From: a virus
Lineage: Duplodnaviria; Heunggongvirae; Uroviricota; Caudoviricetes
Length of the DNA stretch: 23,561 nt
Virus record (IMG/VR): IMGVR_UViG_2721755727_000003
Strand: one strand, 5' to 3'
The notes under the pieces were generated by a model. That model was given only the letters and a program-made list of their open reading frames with translations, was not told the DNA's origin and did no database searches. Positions 10,322-18,174 of this stretch are shown here, one piece after another (within the stretch, counting starts at the first letter, position 1; every line of letters starts with the position of its first letter). Both the position numbers and the translations under genes were made by a program.

Positions 10322-11779
10322 TTAGGAGCGCCAAAAAAAACCTGAAAACAATATAATAACAGGATAAATTTCAAGGCGACCAAGAATCATAGCTATGCAC
10401 ATTAAGCATTTTGCAATGTCATTAAGCACTCCGAATGACGATGCAGTAGCCCCAAAACCTAATCCCATATTATTAATACATGCAGCCACTGTTGCAAATG
10501 ATGTAAGAAAATCATATCCCATACCATTTAACACCAGTATAAAAAACACCGTGAAGAGAGTATAAAGAAAAAAGAAACTCCATACAGACCTCATTACACG
10601 ATCTGTAACTATCTTCCCTCCTACATTTACACTCAACAACGCTCTGGGATGAGAAAGCTGATTTATCTCGTGTTTGCTTTGTTTGAAAAGTATAAGAAAT
10701 CGAAGTGACTTAATTCCACCACAAGTTGAACCTATACATCCCCCAAAGAAACTTGACAACAGCAAAAACACTATCGTGTGCGTGGGCCAACTTGCATAAT
10801 CCTGCGTAGCTAAACCATTATCAGTGAGCATGGAGCTGGCAAGAAAAAACGAATGAATAAAACTTCCATGCAAGTCATACATACCTATATGCCAGACCTG
10901 GAAAGAGGTAACAATGATCACCCCTAAGGCTATTAACAGAAAGAAACGAAGTTCAATATCTCTGATTAAAGGTTTTATCGTTTTCCTGCTAATAACAATA
11001 TACCAAAGAGTGAAGTTGAAAGCCGATAGCAGGGAAAAAGAACCAGCCACCAGCTCAACCAAATAGTTATTAAAATATCCGATACTCTCGCTATGAGTTG
11101 AGAAACCACCAAGCGAAACTGTGGAAATCCCGTGACAAATAGCATCAAACAAAGGCATTCCTGCAAGTCTATAACAGACAATACAAGCAATACCTAATAA
11201 AGAATAAGTTATCCACAGTGTCCGTGACGTATCGGCCAGGCGGGGAGTGAGTTTGTCATCCTTAAATGGCCCCGGCATTTCTGACTGATAAAGCTTTGCA
11301 CCACCAATACCCAATAATGGCAATACAGCAACCGCCAGAACAATAACTCCTAAACCACCTATAAAATTTAACTGTGACCGATAGTACAAATATGCCCGAG
11401 GTAATGAACTAACATCATCAATTACAGTTGCTCCTGTTGTTGTTATTCCAGAAACCCCTTCAAACAGAGCATCAATGAACGTTAAATTAAGTTCTGAGTC
11501 AATCCATAAAGGGAATGCACTAATAACAGAAAACAAAATCCAAAACATTACAATTATAATAAACCCATCACGGGTACGTAATTGAATGCCAGATTTCTTA
11601 GTTGTATACCACGCTCCGCCACCAATGCAAAAAAATATAACGAAAGTTATAAAGAAAACAAACAGGCTTTTTTCTTTATAAAACAATGCTACAACCATTG
11701 GTGGCAACATTGAAAGACTATAGAGCCAAACCAGGAACCCACACATATGAGTAACAACTCTTACATGAGATGTATTCAT
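10322..11779 (-). CDS. trkG: TrkH-family potassium uptake membrane protein, 485 aa; A+T-rich cargo gene
   Basis: Polytopic membrane protein beginning MNTSHVRVVTHMCGFLVWLYSLSM; ATG is the complement of 11777-11779 (the track ORF starts six codons upstream on TTG). Visibly A+T-rich compared with its neighbours. Confidence 0.9.
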   Translation of the reverse strand: MNTSHVRVVTHMCGFLVWLYSLSMLPPMVVALFYKEKSLFVFFITFVIFFCIGGGAWYTTKKSGIQLRTRDGFIIIVMFWILFSVISAFPLWIDSELNLTFIDALFEGVSGITTTGATVIDDVSSLPRAYLYYRSQLNFIGGLGVIVLAVAVLPLLGIGGAKLYQSEMPGPFKDDKLTPRLADTSRTLWITYSLLGIACIVCYRLAGMPLFDAICHGISTVSLGGFSTHSESIGYFNNYLVELVAGSFSLLSAFNFTLWYIVISRKTIKPLIRDIELRFFLLIALGVIIVTSFQVWHIGMYDLHGSFIHSFFLASSMLTDNGLATQDYASWPTHTIVFLLLSSFFGGCIGSTCGGIKSLRFLILFKQSKHEINQLSHPRALLSVNVGGKIVTDRVMRSVWSFFFLYTLFTVFFILVLNGMGYDFLTSFATVAACINNMGLGFGATASSFGVLNDIAKCLMCIAMILGRLEIYPVIILFSGFFWRS

Positions 11780-11916
11780 ATCTAAATATTCTTTCAATTA
11801 TAACCACCTTGCTGCAATATTATGATTATACTGTATAAAATTTAACTCCTCTTAGATCTTACTTCACTGTTCCTTATGAAACAATCATCAAAATGAATCA
11901 TATTGTAGTTAAGATT

Positions 11917-12390
11917 TTACTTTAAACACTGCTCGGTTATGTATTGCTGAGCACCTTCAAGTTGGGCCTGCATCATTACCAGTCGTTCCCGGAGGGTGAA
12001 ATAATCCCGTTCAGCGGTGTCTGCCAGTCGGGGGGAGGCTGCATTATCCACGCCGGAGGCGGTGGTGGCTTCACGCACTGACTGACAGACTGCTTTGATG
12101 TGCAACCGACGACGACCAGCGGCAACATCATCACGCAGAGCATCATTTTCAGCTTTCGCATCAGCTAACTCCTTCGTGTATTTTGCATCGAGCGCAGCAA
12201 CATCACGCTGACGCATCTGCATCTCAGTAATTGCCGCGTTCGCCAGCTTCAGTTCTCTGGCATTTTTGTCGCGCTGTTCTTTGTAGGCGATGGCGTTATC
12301 ACGGTAATGATTAACACCCCATGACAGGCAGACGACGATGCAGATAACCAGAGCGGAGATACCGATGCTGCTTTCGGCTCTGCTGGTAAA
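11917..12390 (-). pseudogene. rzpR: Rz-like spanin gene remnant: frame open from 12390 but the first ATG is at 12222, so the N-terminal start is missing
   Basis: My translation gives ..[58 protein letters not shown].., matching lambda Rz, with no in-frame start upstream of the transmembrane segment. Confidence 0.75.
11976..12161 (-). CDS. rzoR: Rz1-like outer-membrane lipoprotein (o-spanin), 61 aa, embedded in the +1 frame of the Rz remnant
   Basis: Lipobox-type signal (..LPLVVVGC) and a proline-rich mature region; embedded-gene arrangement as in lambda Rz/Rz1. Confidence 0.82.
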   Translation of the reverse strand: MRKLKMMLCVMMLPLVVVGCTSKQSVSQCVKPPPPPAWIMQPPPDWQTPLNGIISPSGNDW

Positions 12391-12860
12391 TTATCGCCCG
12401 GTATGCAGTAACGAAATTTACCGCCCTGATTTACGCGAATCAGACGACCTTTGCTGATTGCCATTGCCAGCGTTGAAGCCACTTTGCGTGATGTGGTACC
12501 AAACAATGTAGCCAGCTCATCAGCCGTTTGTGGTCCTCGTTGTTCAATCGTCGCGGTTAAATCGCACTCTGAGATTTTCGCTACTGTTGCTGTGGTGATT
12601 TCTTCCGGCAGTTCTGCCTGCGCTGGCTGTTCCTGCTGAACATTGTTATCAGCCACACGCCAGGTGTACGCGCTTTTATCAACAAAACCAGCCTTTTTCA
12701 GTTCCCATAGTTCGTTCAGCACTTCTTCACGACTGATATCAAGTCGCGCAGCAAGTTCTATGGATGTGGCTTTTCCCATTGCTTTCAGTGCGTCAAAAAC
12801 AGTCTCCATTAAATTTTTCTCCCGGTAAAAATTACTTCGCAATTCCTGGCTGGACGACAT
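12249..12860 (-). CDS. ydaW: Rac prophage protein YdaW; only about the first 160 codons appear native, the 3' end is an out-of-frame read-through of Rz sequence (deletion fusion)
   Basis: 203-aa ORF, ATG is the complement of 12858-12860, overlapping the ydaV 3' end. The C-terminal ~45 residues are encoded by DNA that in another frame encodes the Rz N-terminus. Confidence 0.7.
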
Positions 12861-13578
12861 TCGGACGCCAGCTCTCCCAGTTAAAATTCACCCATCGCCC
12901 GCCGTTCATGGTCATGCGATCCATAATCCGCTCGCCGAGCAATGTTTTCATGGCCTCATAGTTCAGGTTTGTCAGCATCCCCACGCTGCGCATCGACGCT
13001 GTCCGGCGATCAACAATCTGGTGCAGTACCACCTGCTCGTTTTTCGTCTCGCGCTGAATGCCAATTTCATCAAGAACCAGCAGATCCACTTCGCACAGTT
13101 CCCGCAAAAATTTTTCGCCTGACTGCCCATCGTCATAGCTGGCGTGCAGGGCACTCATAACATCAGCCACGGTAACCACAATCACTGTCTGACCGTCTTT
13201 CAGCAGGCGATTCCCGATAGCTGCCGCTAAGTGGTTCTTCCCGGTACCAGGTTTTCCGCTGAACGCAAAATTTGTACACCCGGTCATCAGTTCATCAGCG
13301 ATGGATTTCGCCTGACTCAACGCGTATCGCTGCCCTTCGTTCTGCACCTGGTAATTCGAAAACGAGCATTTGCGGTGCAATGGCTGGATGCCAGAGCGAT
13401 TCAGAATTTTTTCCACCCGCAACTGACGATTCTGACGGTTGATCTCCTCACAACGTTTCTGGCCTTCGGAAAGTTGCCACTCGCGCCACTCCGCTACCGT
13501 CTTGAATGGCGCGGTTACATGTGACGGGGCCAGTCTGCGGATACGTTCAAGAACATCGCCTGTCGCAATATTTTTCAT
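12832..13578 (-). CDS. ydaV: DnaC/IstB-like AAA+ replication helicase-loader protein, 248 aa
   Basis: Walker [11 protein letters not shown] and Walker [10 protein letters not shown]; its position after the O-like gene. Confidence 0.9.
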
Positions 13579-13584
13579 GGTCAG

Positions 13585-14442
13585 TTACCCCCTGAAGCCT
13601 GGCGGGATCGCACTATCCGGTAACGAGACGGTGTTAACCTGTCGGAGTAACGTCTCAGGTCGAACACCTTTCGGCGCGAACAAGCCCTGGTATTCATTGG
13701 CGATGCTGTGTCGAATCACCTGCTCAGGTGAAAAACCCTGCTGGCGGAATTTTTCCAGCTCCCGTATCGCCCCGTTAGCGCCCTGCTCCGTTCGAATCGG
13801 TTTTCGCAATGCCTGGCGAAATTCAACCCACTCACGCCAAAGCGAGACAGAAATCCAGTTCGGCAAAGTAATATCCAGAGGGTCAAACTTTTTGACACCT
13901 CGATTCCCCCGGGGGGGATTTAGGGGGGGATCTGTTTTTAGATCTTTATCTGTATCTTTATTAGTTGCCTTTGTGTTGACATCATGTTCAAACACCACTT
14001 CAACATCTGTTTGAACACCTGTTAAATTTCTCTCTTGTTTTGTTTGAACATCTGCTTCCTTTCTGCTTCTTCTGGCCTGAACAGATGCTTTTCCTGCGGC
14101 TGATTTTTTGGTTAATTTTTCCCTGACTGATGCCAGATCTTCCTCAATCCGAAGATGCACCCATTCCTCGCCGTTATCGCAAAAAAACTCCTGCAAGGAT
14201 GGTTCAACATCAGCCCATCGCTCGTTAGTCAGACGGGCAATTTTTGCCAGCCTGTTTTTAGGTATTGGCTTTCCTGTTTGCCAGTAATTGAACATCAGCA
14301 ACAAATACGCACCATGCTCCTCTGCTGACAAATGCATGGTGTCAGCCAGGTAATCAGCTATGTACAGTTGCATGTATGGTAATGCGGCCATAATTGCCCC
14401 GTATGATGCTGCCCGGTGGCTTAGAATAAGCACAAACAGCAT
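13585..14442 (-). CDS. ydaU: Replication initiation protein (lambda O-like role), 285 aa; contains the iteron-like cluster
   Basis: 285-aa ORF, ATG is the complement of 14440-14442, position upstream of the DnaC-like gene; the middle of the gene carries iterons, an AT-rich stretch and G7 tracts. Confidence 0.85.
   Translation of the reverse strand: MLFVLILSHRAASYGAIMAALPYMQLYIADYLADTMHLSAEEHGAYLLLMFNYWQTGKPIPKNRLAKIARLTNERWADVEPSLQEFFCDNGEEWVHLRIEEDLASVREKLTKKSAAGKASVQARRSRKEADVQTKQERNLTGVQTDVEVVFEHDVNTKATNKDTDKDLKTDPPLNPPRGNRGVKKFDPLDITLPNWISVSLWREWVEFRQALRKPIRTEQGANGAIRELEKFRQQGFSPEQVIRHSIANEYQGLFAPKGVRPETLLRQVNTVSLPDSAIPPGFRG
13882..14055. repeat. Iteron-like repeat cluster with adjacent AT-rich stretch and two G7 homopolymers (candidate prophage origin inside ydaU)
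   Basis: ATGTTCAAACACC (13984..13996), CTGTTTGAACACC (14007..14019), TGTTTGAACATC (14041..14052); palindrome GTCAAACTTTTTGAC (13882..13896); G7 at 13911..13917 and 13923..13929; AT-rich 13931..13980. Confidence 0.45.
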
Positions 14443-14454
14443 GGAAACTTTTGC

Positions 14455-14877
14455 TTAATGAACAATGACAGAATCGTCGGAAGAACCGCCGCCGCTGAAA
14501 TGCGCTTTCCGGTAAACGGCTTGGACTGCATCATCATGCGCATCAATTGCCGTACTTAACGCTTCCTGCGCCGCCAGTAATGCACGGCGTTCCAGGGTAT
14601 CGAAGATGCAGAGTCGGTGACGCAGCTCGCGCGGAAGGATTGCCAGAATTGCTGGGATCAGCTTCTGAATTTTTTCTCTTTGCGTTTTCGTTTCACCTTT
14701 CAACCAACGGTGATAGATATTCTGCTGATTGTTCCAGTCCTTGCCTGGAACCAGGGGCAATTCGCCGCCCCCCTGGCGCAGATATTCTTCAGTAATTGCA
14801 TTGGCTACCCATGCCTGCCCTTTTTCGGCTGCTAGGGCAAACAACACTGATTCGATGTGCTCATGCTTGATTTTCAT
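14455..14877 (-). CDS. ydaT: Rac prophage protein YdaT, 140 aa (cII-position gene of the rightward-type operon)
   Basis: 140-aa ORF immediately downstream of ydaS on the same strand; ATG is the complement of 14875-14877. Confidence 0.88.
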   Translation of the reverse strand: MKIKHEHIESVLFALAAEKGQAWVANAITEEYLRQGGGELPLVPGKDWNNQQNIYHRWLKGETKTQREKIQKLIPAILAILPRELRHRLCIFDTLERRALLAAQEALSTAIDAHDDAVQAVYRKAHFSGGGSSDDSVIVH

Positions 14878-14899
14878 GAATCATTTGCCTCTTGATGTT

Positions 14900-15196
14900 T
14901 CAGGTATGATCAAATGAGGATTTGTTACTGTCATTTAGTTGCTTCACTGACATATTCTGCGAACAACATGCCGAACGTCGTAAATATGACCAGTCAATAT
15001 CAGGACGAAGTTCTTCGCACAGAACCTCACCTCTTGTTGCACGTTCAATTGCTGGACATCTCTCGGCAGGCAATTGACGTACCCCTTTGATCCATTGATT
15101 TACGCTTGGAGGTGATACACCTAAAAGCCTAGCCATTGCTGATTGCCCACCGACAACAGCACAAGCTTGCTTGAATGAATAGTTCTCTTTTTTCAT
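14900..15196 (-). CDS. ydaS: Cro-like HTH (XRE-family) regulator, 98 aa
   Basis: HTH motif (QSAMARLLGVSPPSVNQWIKG); divergent from racR; GGAG RBS about 9 nt upstream of the ATG. Confidence 0.88.
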   Translation of the reverse strand: MKKENYSFKQACAVVGGQSAMARLLGVSPPSVNQWIKGVRQLPAERCPAIERATRGEVLCEELRPDIDWSYLRRSACCSQNMSVKQLNDSNKSSFDHT

Positions 15197-15222
15197 CGAA
15201 TGAACTCCAAAAACACACAGAA

Positions 15223-15267
15223 ATATTAGGCGACGCCTAACGCAATTGTCAATAGGCTGTGCCTAAT
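15223..15267 (-). promoter_or_regulatory. ydaS promoter (PR-like) with two palindromic candidate RacR operators
   Basis: On the minus strand: -35 TTGACA (complement of 15247..15252), 18-bp spacer, -10 TAATAT (complement of 15223..15228). Operators TTAGGCGACGCCTAA (15226..15240, perfect palindrome) and ATAGGCTGTGCCTAAT (15252..15267). Confidence 0.55.
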
Positions 15268-15319
15268 GCAGTAAGGGTAGGGATTGCCTAATGTAATGCG
15301 CATAGGAGAATATTAAGCA

Positions 15320-15796
15320 ATGCTTAGTGGTAAAGACTTAGGCCGAGCGATAGAGCAGGCCATTAACAAAAAAATCGCATCGGGATCCGTCAAATCAAAG
15401 GCGGAGGTCGCACGCCACTTTAAAGTCCAACCACCATCAATTTATGACTGGATTAAGAAAGGCTCTATAAGTAAAGATAAACTTCCAGAATTATGGCGTT
15501 TCTTTTCTGATGTTGTTGGTCCAGAGCATTGGGGGCTTAACGAATACCCCATACCAACCCCCACCAATTCAGATACAAAAAGTGAACTTTTAGATATAAA
15601 CAACCTTTATCAAGCAGCCTCTGATGAAATAAGAGCGATTGTAGCTTTCCTGTTATCTGGAAATGCTACAGAACCAGATTGGGTTGACCACGATGTTCGC
15701 GCCTACATAGCAGCGATGGAAATGAAAGTGGGTAAGTATCTGAAAGCTCTTGAATCTGAACGGAAAAGCCAGAACATCACAAAAACTGGAACTTAA
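15320..15796 (+). CDS. racR: Prophage repressor (CI-like), 158 aa
   Basis: HTH near the N-terminus (KAEVARHFKVQPPSIYDWIKKG); flanked on both sides by operator-like palindromes; divergent from ydaS. Confidence 0.9.
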   Translation: MLSGKDLGRAIEQAINKKIASGSVKSKAEVARHFKVQPPSIYDWIKKGSISKDKLPELWRFFSDVVGPEHWGLNEYPIPTPTNSDTKSELLDINNLYQAASDEIRAIVAFLLSGNATEPDWVDHDVRAYIAAMEMKVGKYLKALESERKSQNITKTGT

Positions 15797-15891
15797 ACTT
15801 ATATGGTCTGACGGAAAACTCCTGGATTCCGTTATTTAACCCCCCCATCACTTTCTGCTGTCGCCATCACCTATTAGGTTACGCTCAAAAC

Positions 15892-15935
15892 ATTAGGCAT
15901 AGCCTATTGACAATCAATTAGGCATTACCTATAGT
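15892..15935 (+). promoter_or_regulatory. PL-like promoter downstream of racR with candidate RacR operators
   Basis: -35 TTGACA (15907..15912), 17-bp spacer, -10 TATAGT (15930..15935). Operators ATTAGGCATAGCCTAT (15892..15907) and ATTAGGCATTACCTAT (15917..15932). The 13-bp block GCCTATTGACAAT is shared, inverted, with the ydaS promoter. Confidence 0.5.
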
Positions 15936-16104
15936 TCCAGCATACCACCCACCCCGCCCCACAGAACGCCGGGCAATACTTCGAGTTACCAGGCAGTGGT
16001 AAGGGGTTAAGTAGCCAGCCCGAGGCGTATGAACATGACGGCGGGATTCAAATTTTGCAGTGCAGCAGTTAGTTCCGCCACCCGGCGTTAAGGGGAGAGA
16101 TAAG

Positions 16105-16239
16105 ATGGTGCATTACGAAGTAGTTCAGTATTTGATGGATTGTTGCGGTATCACTTACAACCAGGCTGTGCAGGCTTTACGCAGCAACGACTGGGATCTC
16201 TGGCAGGCAGAAGTCGCTATACGTAGCAACAAGATGTGA
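16105..16239 (+). CDS. ydaG: Small Rac prophage protein, 44 aa
   Basis: ATG at 16105 preceded by AAGGGGAGAG; the ORF is below the track's length cut-off and was found by manual translation (MVHYEVVQYLMDCCGITYNQAVQALRSNDWDLWQAEVAIRSNKM). Confidence 0.7.
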   Translation: MVHYEVVQYLMDCCGITYNQAVQALRSNDWDLWQAEVAIRSNKM

Positions 16240-16249
16240 GATTCGCAAA

Positions 16250-16405
16250 ATGCAAAAAATCGACCTCGGCAACAACGAATCCCTGGTGTGCGGCGTGTTC
16301 CCCAACCAGGATGGAACGTTCACTGCCATGACGTATACCAAAAGCAAAACATTTAAAACCGAAACTGGTGCGCGCCGATGGTTGGAGAAGCACACAGTAA
16401 GCTAA
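16250..16405 (+). CDS. ydaF: Small Rac prophage protein, 51 aa
   Basis: Manual translation MQKIDLGNNESLVCGVFPNQDGTFTAMTYTKSKTFKTETGARRWLEKHTVS; its stop overlaps the convergent sieB stop by 4 bp. Confidence 0.7.
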   Translation: MQKIDLGNNESLVCGVFPNQDGTFTAMTYTKSKTFKTETGARRWLEKHTVS

Positions 16406-16890
16406 CGATTAAAACGTCTACTCCTGCTGTTCCAGAATAACTTCATAAAATGGGAGTATTTTTCGGTGACGAGATAATAAGAACAGTTTGCGCTATCACT
16501 CTGATGTTGAATGATGCCCTTCCGTTCTAATTTTTTCATAACCGGGTTACGGCAAGGAGAAGTGATAATAAGATTTCCTGTTTTAAGGAAATCTTTAAAT
16601 ACAGCGATTTCTTTCTCAGATAAACGAAGCAATACTCGTTGCTCTGGTAGTAATGAATAATGCTTTTGAATATGTGCTCGCAATCTTGAGAAGGAAATGG
16701 CGACCACGAAAGAAAAGGCAAAAACGATAATCTGAAAGAGCCAAGGTATTTCAGTATAAGCATTGAATGCGACAGTAAACTCTTTCGGTATCAGCCAGAG
16801 AGTGAGACCAAAAATGATAATCGTATACATAAGTCTTTCGAGTGGCTCGTTAGCAAAAAGTTTCAACAATGGAGTAAATACATCCAACAT
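16402..16890 (-). CDS. sieB: Superinfection exclusion protein B (membrane protein), 162 aa
   Basis: Protein MLDVFTPLLKLFANEPLERLMYTIIIFGLTLWLIPKEF... recognised as SieB; an in-frame upstream ATG at 17013 would add 41 codons (203-aa track ORF). Confidence 0.82.
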   Translation of the reverse strand: MLDVFTPLLKLFANEPLERLMYTIIIFGLTLWLIPKEFTVAFNAYTEIPWLFQIIVFAFSFVVAISFSRLRAHIQKHYSLLPEQRVLLRLSEKEIAVFKDFLKTGNLIITSPCRNPVMKKLERKGIIQHQSDSANCSYYLVTEKYSHFMKLFWNSRSRRFNR

Positions 16891-17108
16891 ATCAATAACT
16901 CTCAACTGTAAGGGTATTGAAATGTTAACACAAGCTCTCGCTGTAGGGGTATAGCCGAGACCACCGAAGCCCGGAGGTGGTGAAATAAAACCGGGCACAA
17001 CACGAAGGCGCATTTCCGATATCCATAAAGAGTCGGTCTTGTCTGTTAAATTTAAATGGTGGGAGTGCGCCTCCGGTTGTAAATAACGACATTGCTGTGT
17101 GTAGTCCT

Positions 17109-17158
17109 GGCGGCATCAGTTTTTTTCTTGAAGTTCGGCTGATGTCCGCCCTTTTTAA
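17109..17158 (+). terminator. Terminator-like inverted repeat upstream of kilR
   Basis: GGCGGCATCAG (17109..17119) and CTGATGTCCGCC (17139..17150) form an ~11-bp stem around a 19-nt loop, followed by CTTTTTAAA. Confidence 0.35.
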
Positions 17159-17331
17159 AGTGAATTTTGTGATGCGGTGAATGCGGCTAAGCGCACGTGG
17201 CACAGTTAAAAGTCATGTTAGTCCTTATTGGTTTGGGTGGGAAAGCCGACTGTAATTGTTAACTGGTTGCAGTCACCTGGAGGCACCAGACACCGCATCA
17301 ACAAAGTTCATTTGTAAAAATGGAGATAATT

Positions 17332-17553
17332 ATGATTGCACATCACTTCGGAACTGATGAAATACCACGTCAGTGTGTGACTCCTGGCGATTATGTTCTT
17401 CATGAAGGCCGGACATATATTGCCTCGGCAAACAATATTAAAAAGCGAAAACTATATATTCGTAACCTGACCACAAAAACATTCATTACTGACCGCATGA
17501 TTAAAGTCTTCCTCGGTCGTGATGGTTTACCTGTAAAGGCGGAGTCATGGTGA
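17332..17553 (+). CDS. kilR: Cell-division inhibitor (kil protein), 73 aa
   Basis: Protein [35 protein letters not shown]...; GGAG 6 nt upstream; the stop overlaps the ydaE start. Confidence 0.88.
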
Positions 17554-17723
17554 TGACTAAGAAAATAAAATGTGCTTACCACCTTTGCAAAAAAGACGTT
17601 GAAGAAAGCAAAGCTATTGAAAGAATGCTTCACTTCATGCACGGGATTTTATCAAAAGACGAACCGAGAAAATATTGCAGTGAAGCTTGTGCCGAAAAAG
17701 ACCAGATGGCACATGAACTTTAA
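17553..17723 (+). CDS. ydaE: Small cysteine-rich protein (putative zinc-binding), 56 aa
   Basis: Manual translation [56 protein letters not shown]; the start is translationally coupled to the kilR stop (TGATG overlap). Confidence 0.7.
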   Translation: MTKKIKCAYHLCKKDVEESKAIERMLHFMHGILSKDEPRKYCSEACAEKDQMAHEL

Positions 17724-17797
17724 TTAATTGACTATTCGAAACTGAATTTATGCCAGAAATGGCAGGTATTCGCTCAACCTTAATTAAGGAGAAAAAC

Positions 17798-18073
17798 ATG
17801 ATTACCAATTATGAAGCCACTGTTGTAACTACCGATGACATTGTTCACGAGGTGAATCTGGAAGGAAAGCGCATTGGCTACGTAATTAAAACAGAAAATA
17901 AAGAAACCCCATTCACTGTGGTTGATATCGATGGTCCATCAGGCAACGTAAAAACACTTGATGAAGGTGTCAAAAAAATGTGCCTGGTGCATATCGGAAA
18001 GAATCTGCCCGCAGAAAAAAAAGCCGAATTTCTGGCAACTCTAATTGCAATGAAATTAAAAGGTGAAATCTGA
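17798..18073 (+). CDS. racC: Rac prophage protein RacC, 91 aa
   Basis: AAGGAG RBS then ATG at 17798 (the track ORF starts further upstream at 17750). Confidence 0.82.
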   Translation: MITNYEATVVTTDDIVHEVNLEGKRIGYVIKTENKETPFTVVDIDGPSGNVKTLDEGVKKMCLVHIGKNLPAEKKAEFLATLIAMKLKGEI

Positions 18074-18078
18074 AAGAA

Positions 18079-18103
18079 ATAGCCTGCGTATGGCGCAGGC
18101 TAT
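18079..18103. other. Perfect 10-bp inverted repeat (hairpin) between racC and recE
   Basis: ATAGCCTGCG-TATGG-CGCAGGCTAT, starting 6 nt after the racC stop. Confidence 0.5.
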
Positions 18104-18174
18104 GAACAGTGTGTATCCGGCAAGATCATTCACTGAACAAAACGAATTTTAATCTGAGTTGAGGTTAAAAAACA

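Noticed and set aside
13439-14014. 191-aa plus-strand ORF overlapping ydaU and ydaV
   Set aside because: Antisense to two well-supported genes; produced by the repeat and homopolymer-rich origin-like region.
16177-16395. 72-aa ORF on the minus strand
   Set aside because: Entirely antisense to ydaG/ydaF, GTG start, no RBS, and no recognisable protein features.
16891-17331. kilR promoter elements in the sieB-kilR spacer
   Set aside because: I could not find a convincing -35/-10 pair with proper spacing by eye, so I did not annotate a promoter there.
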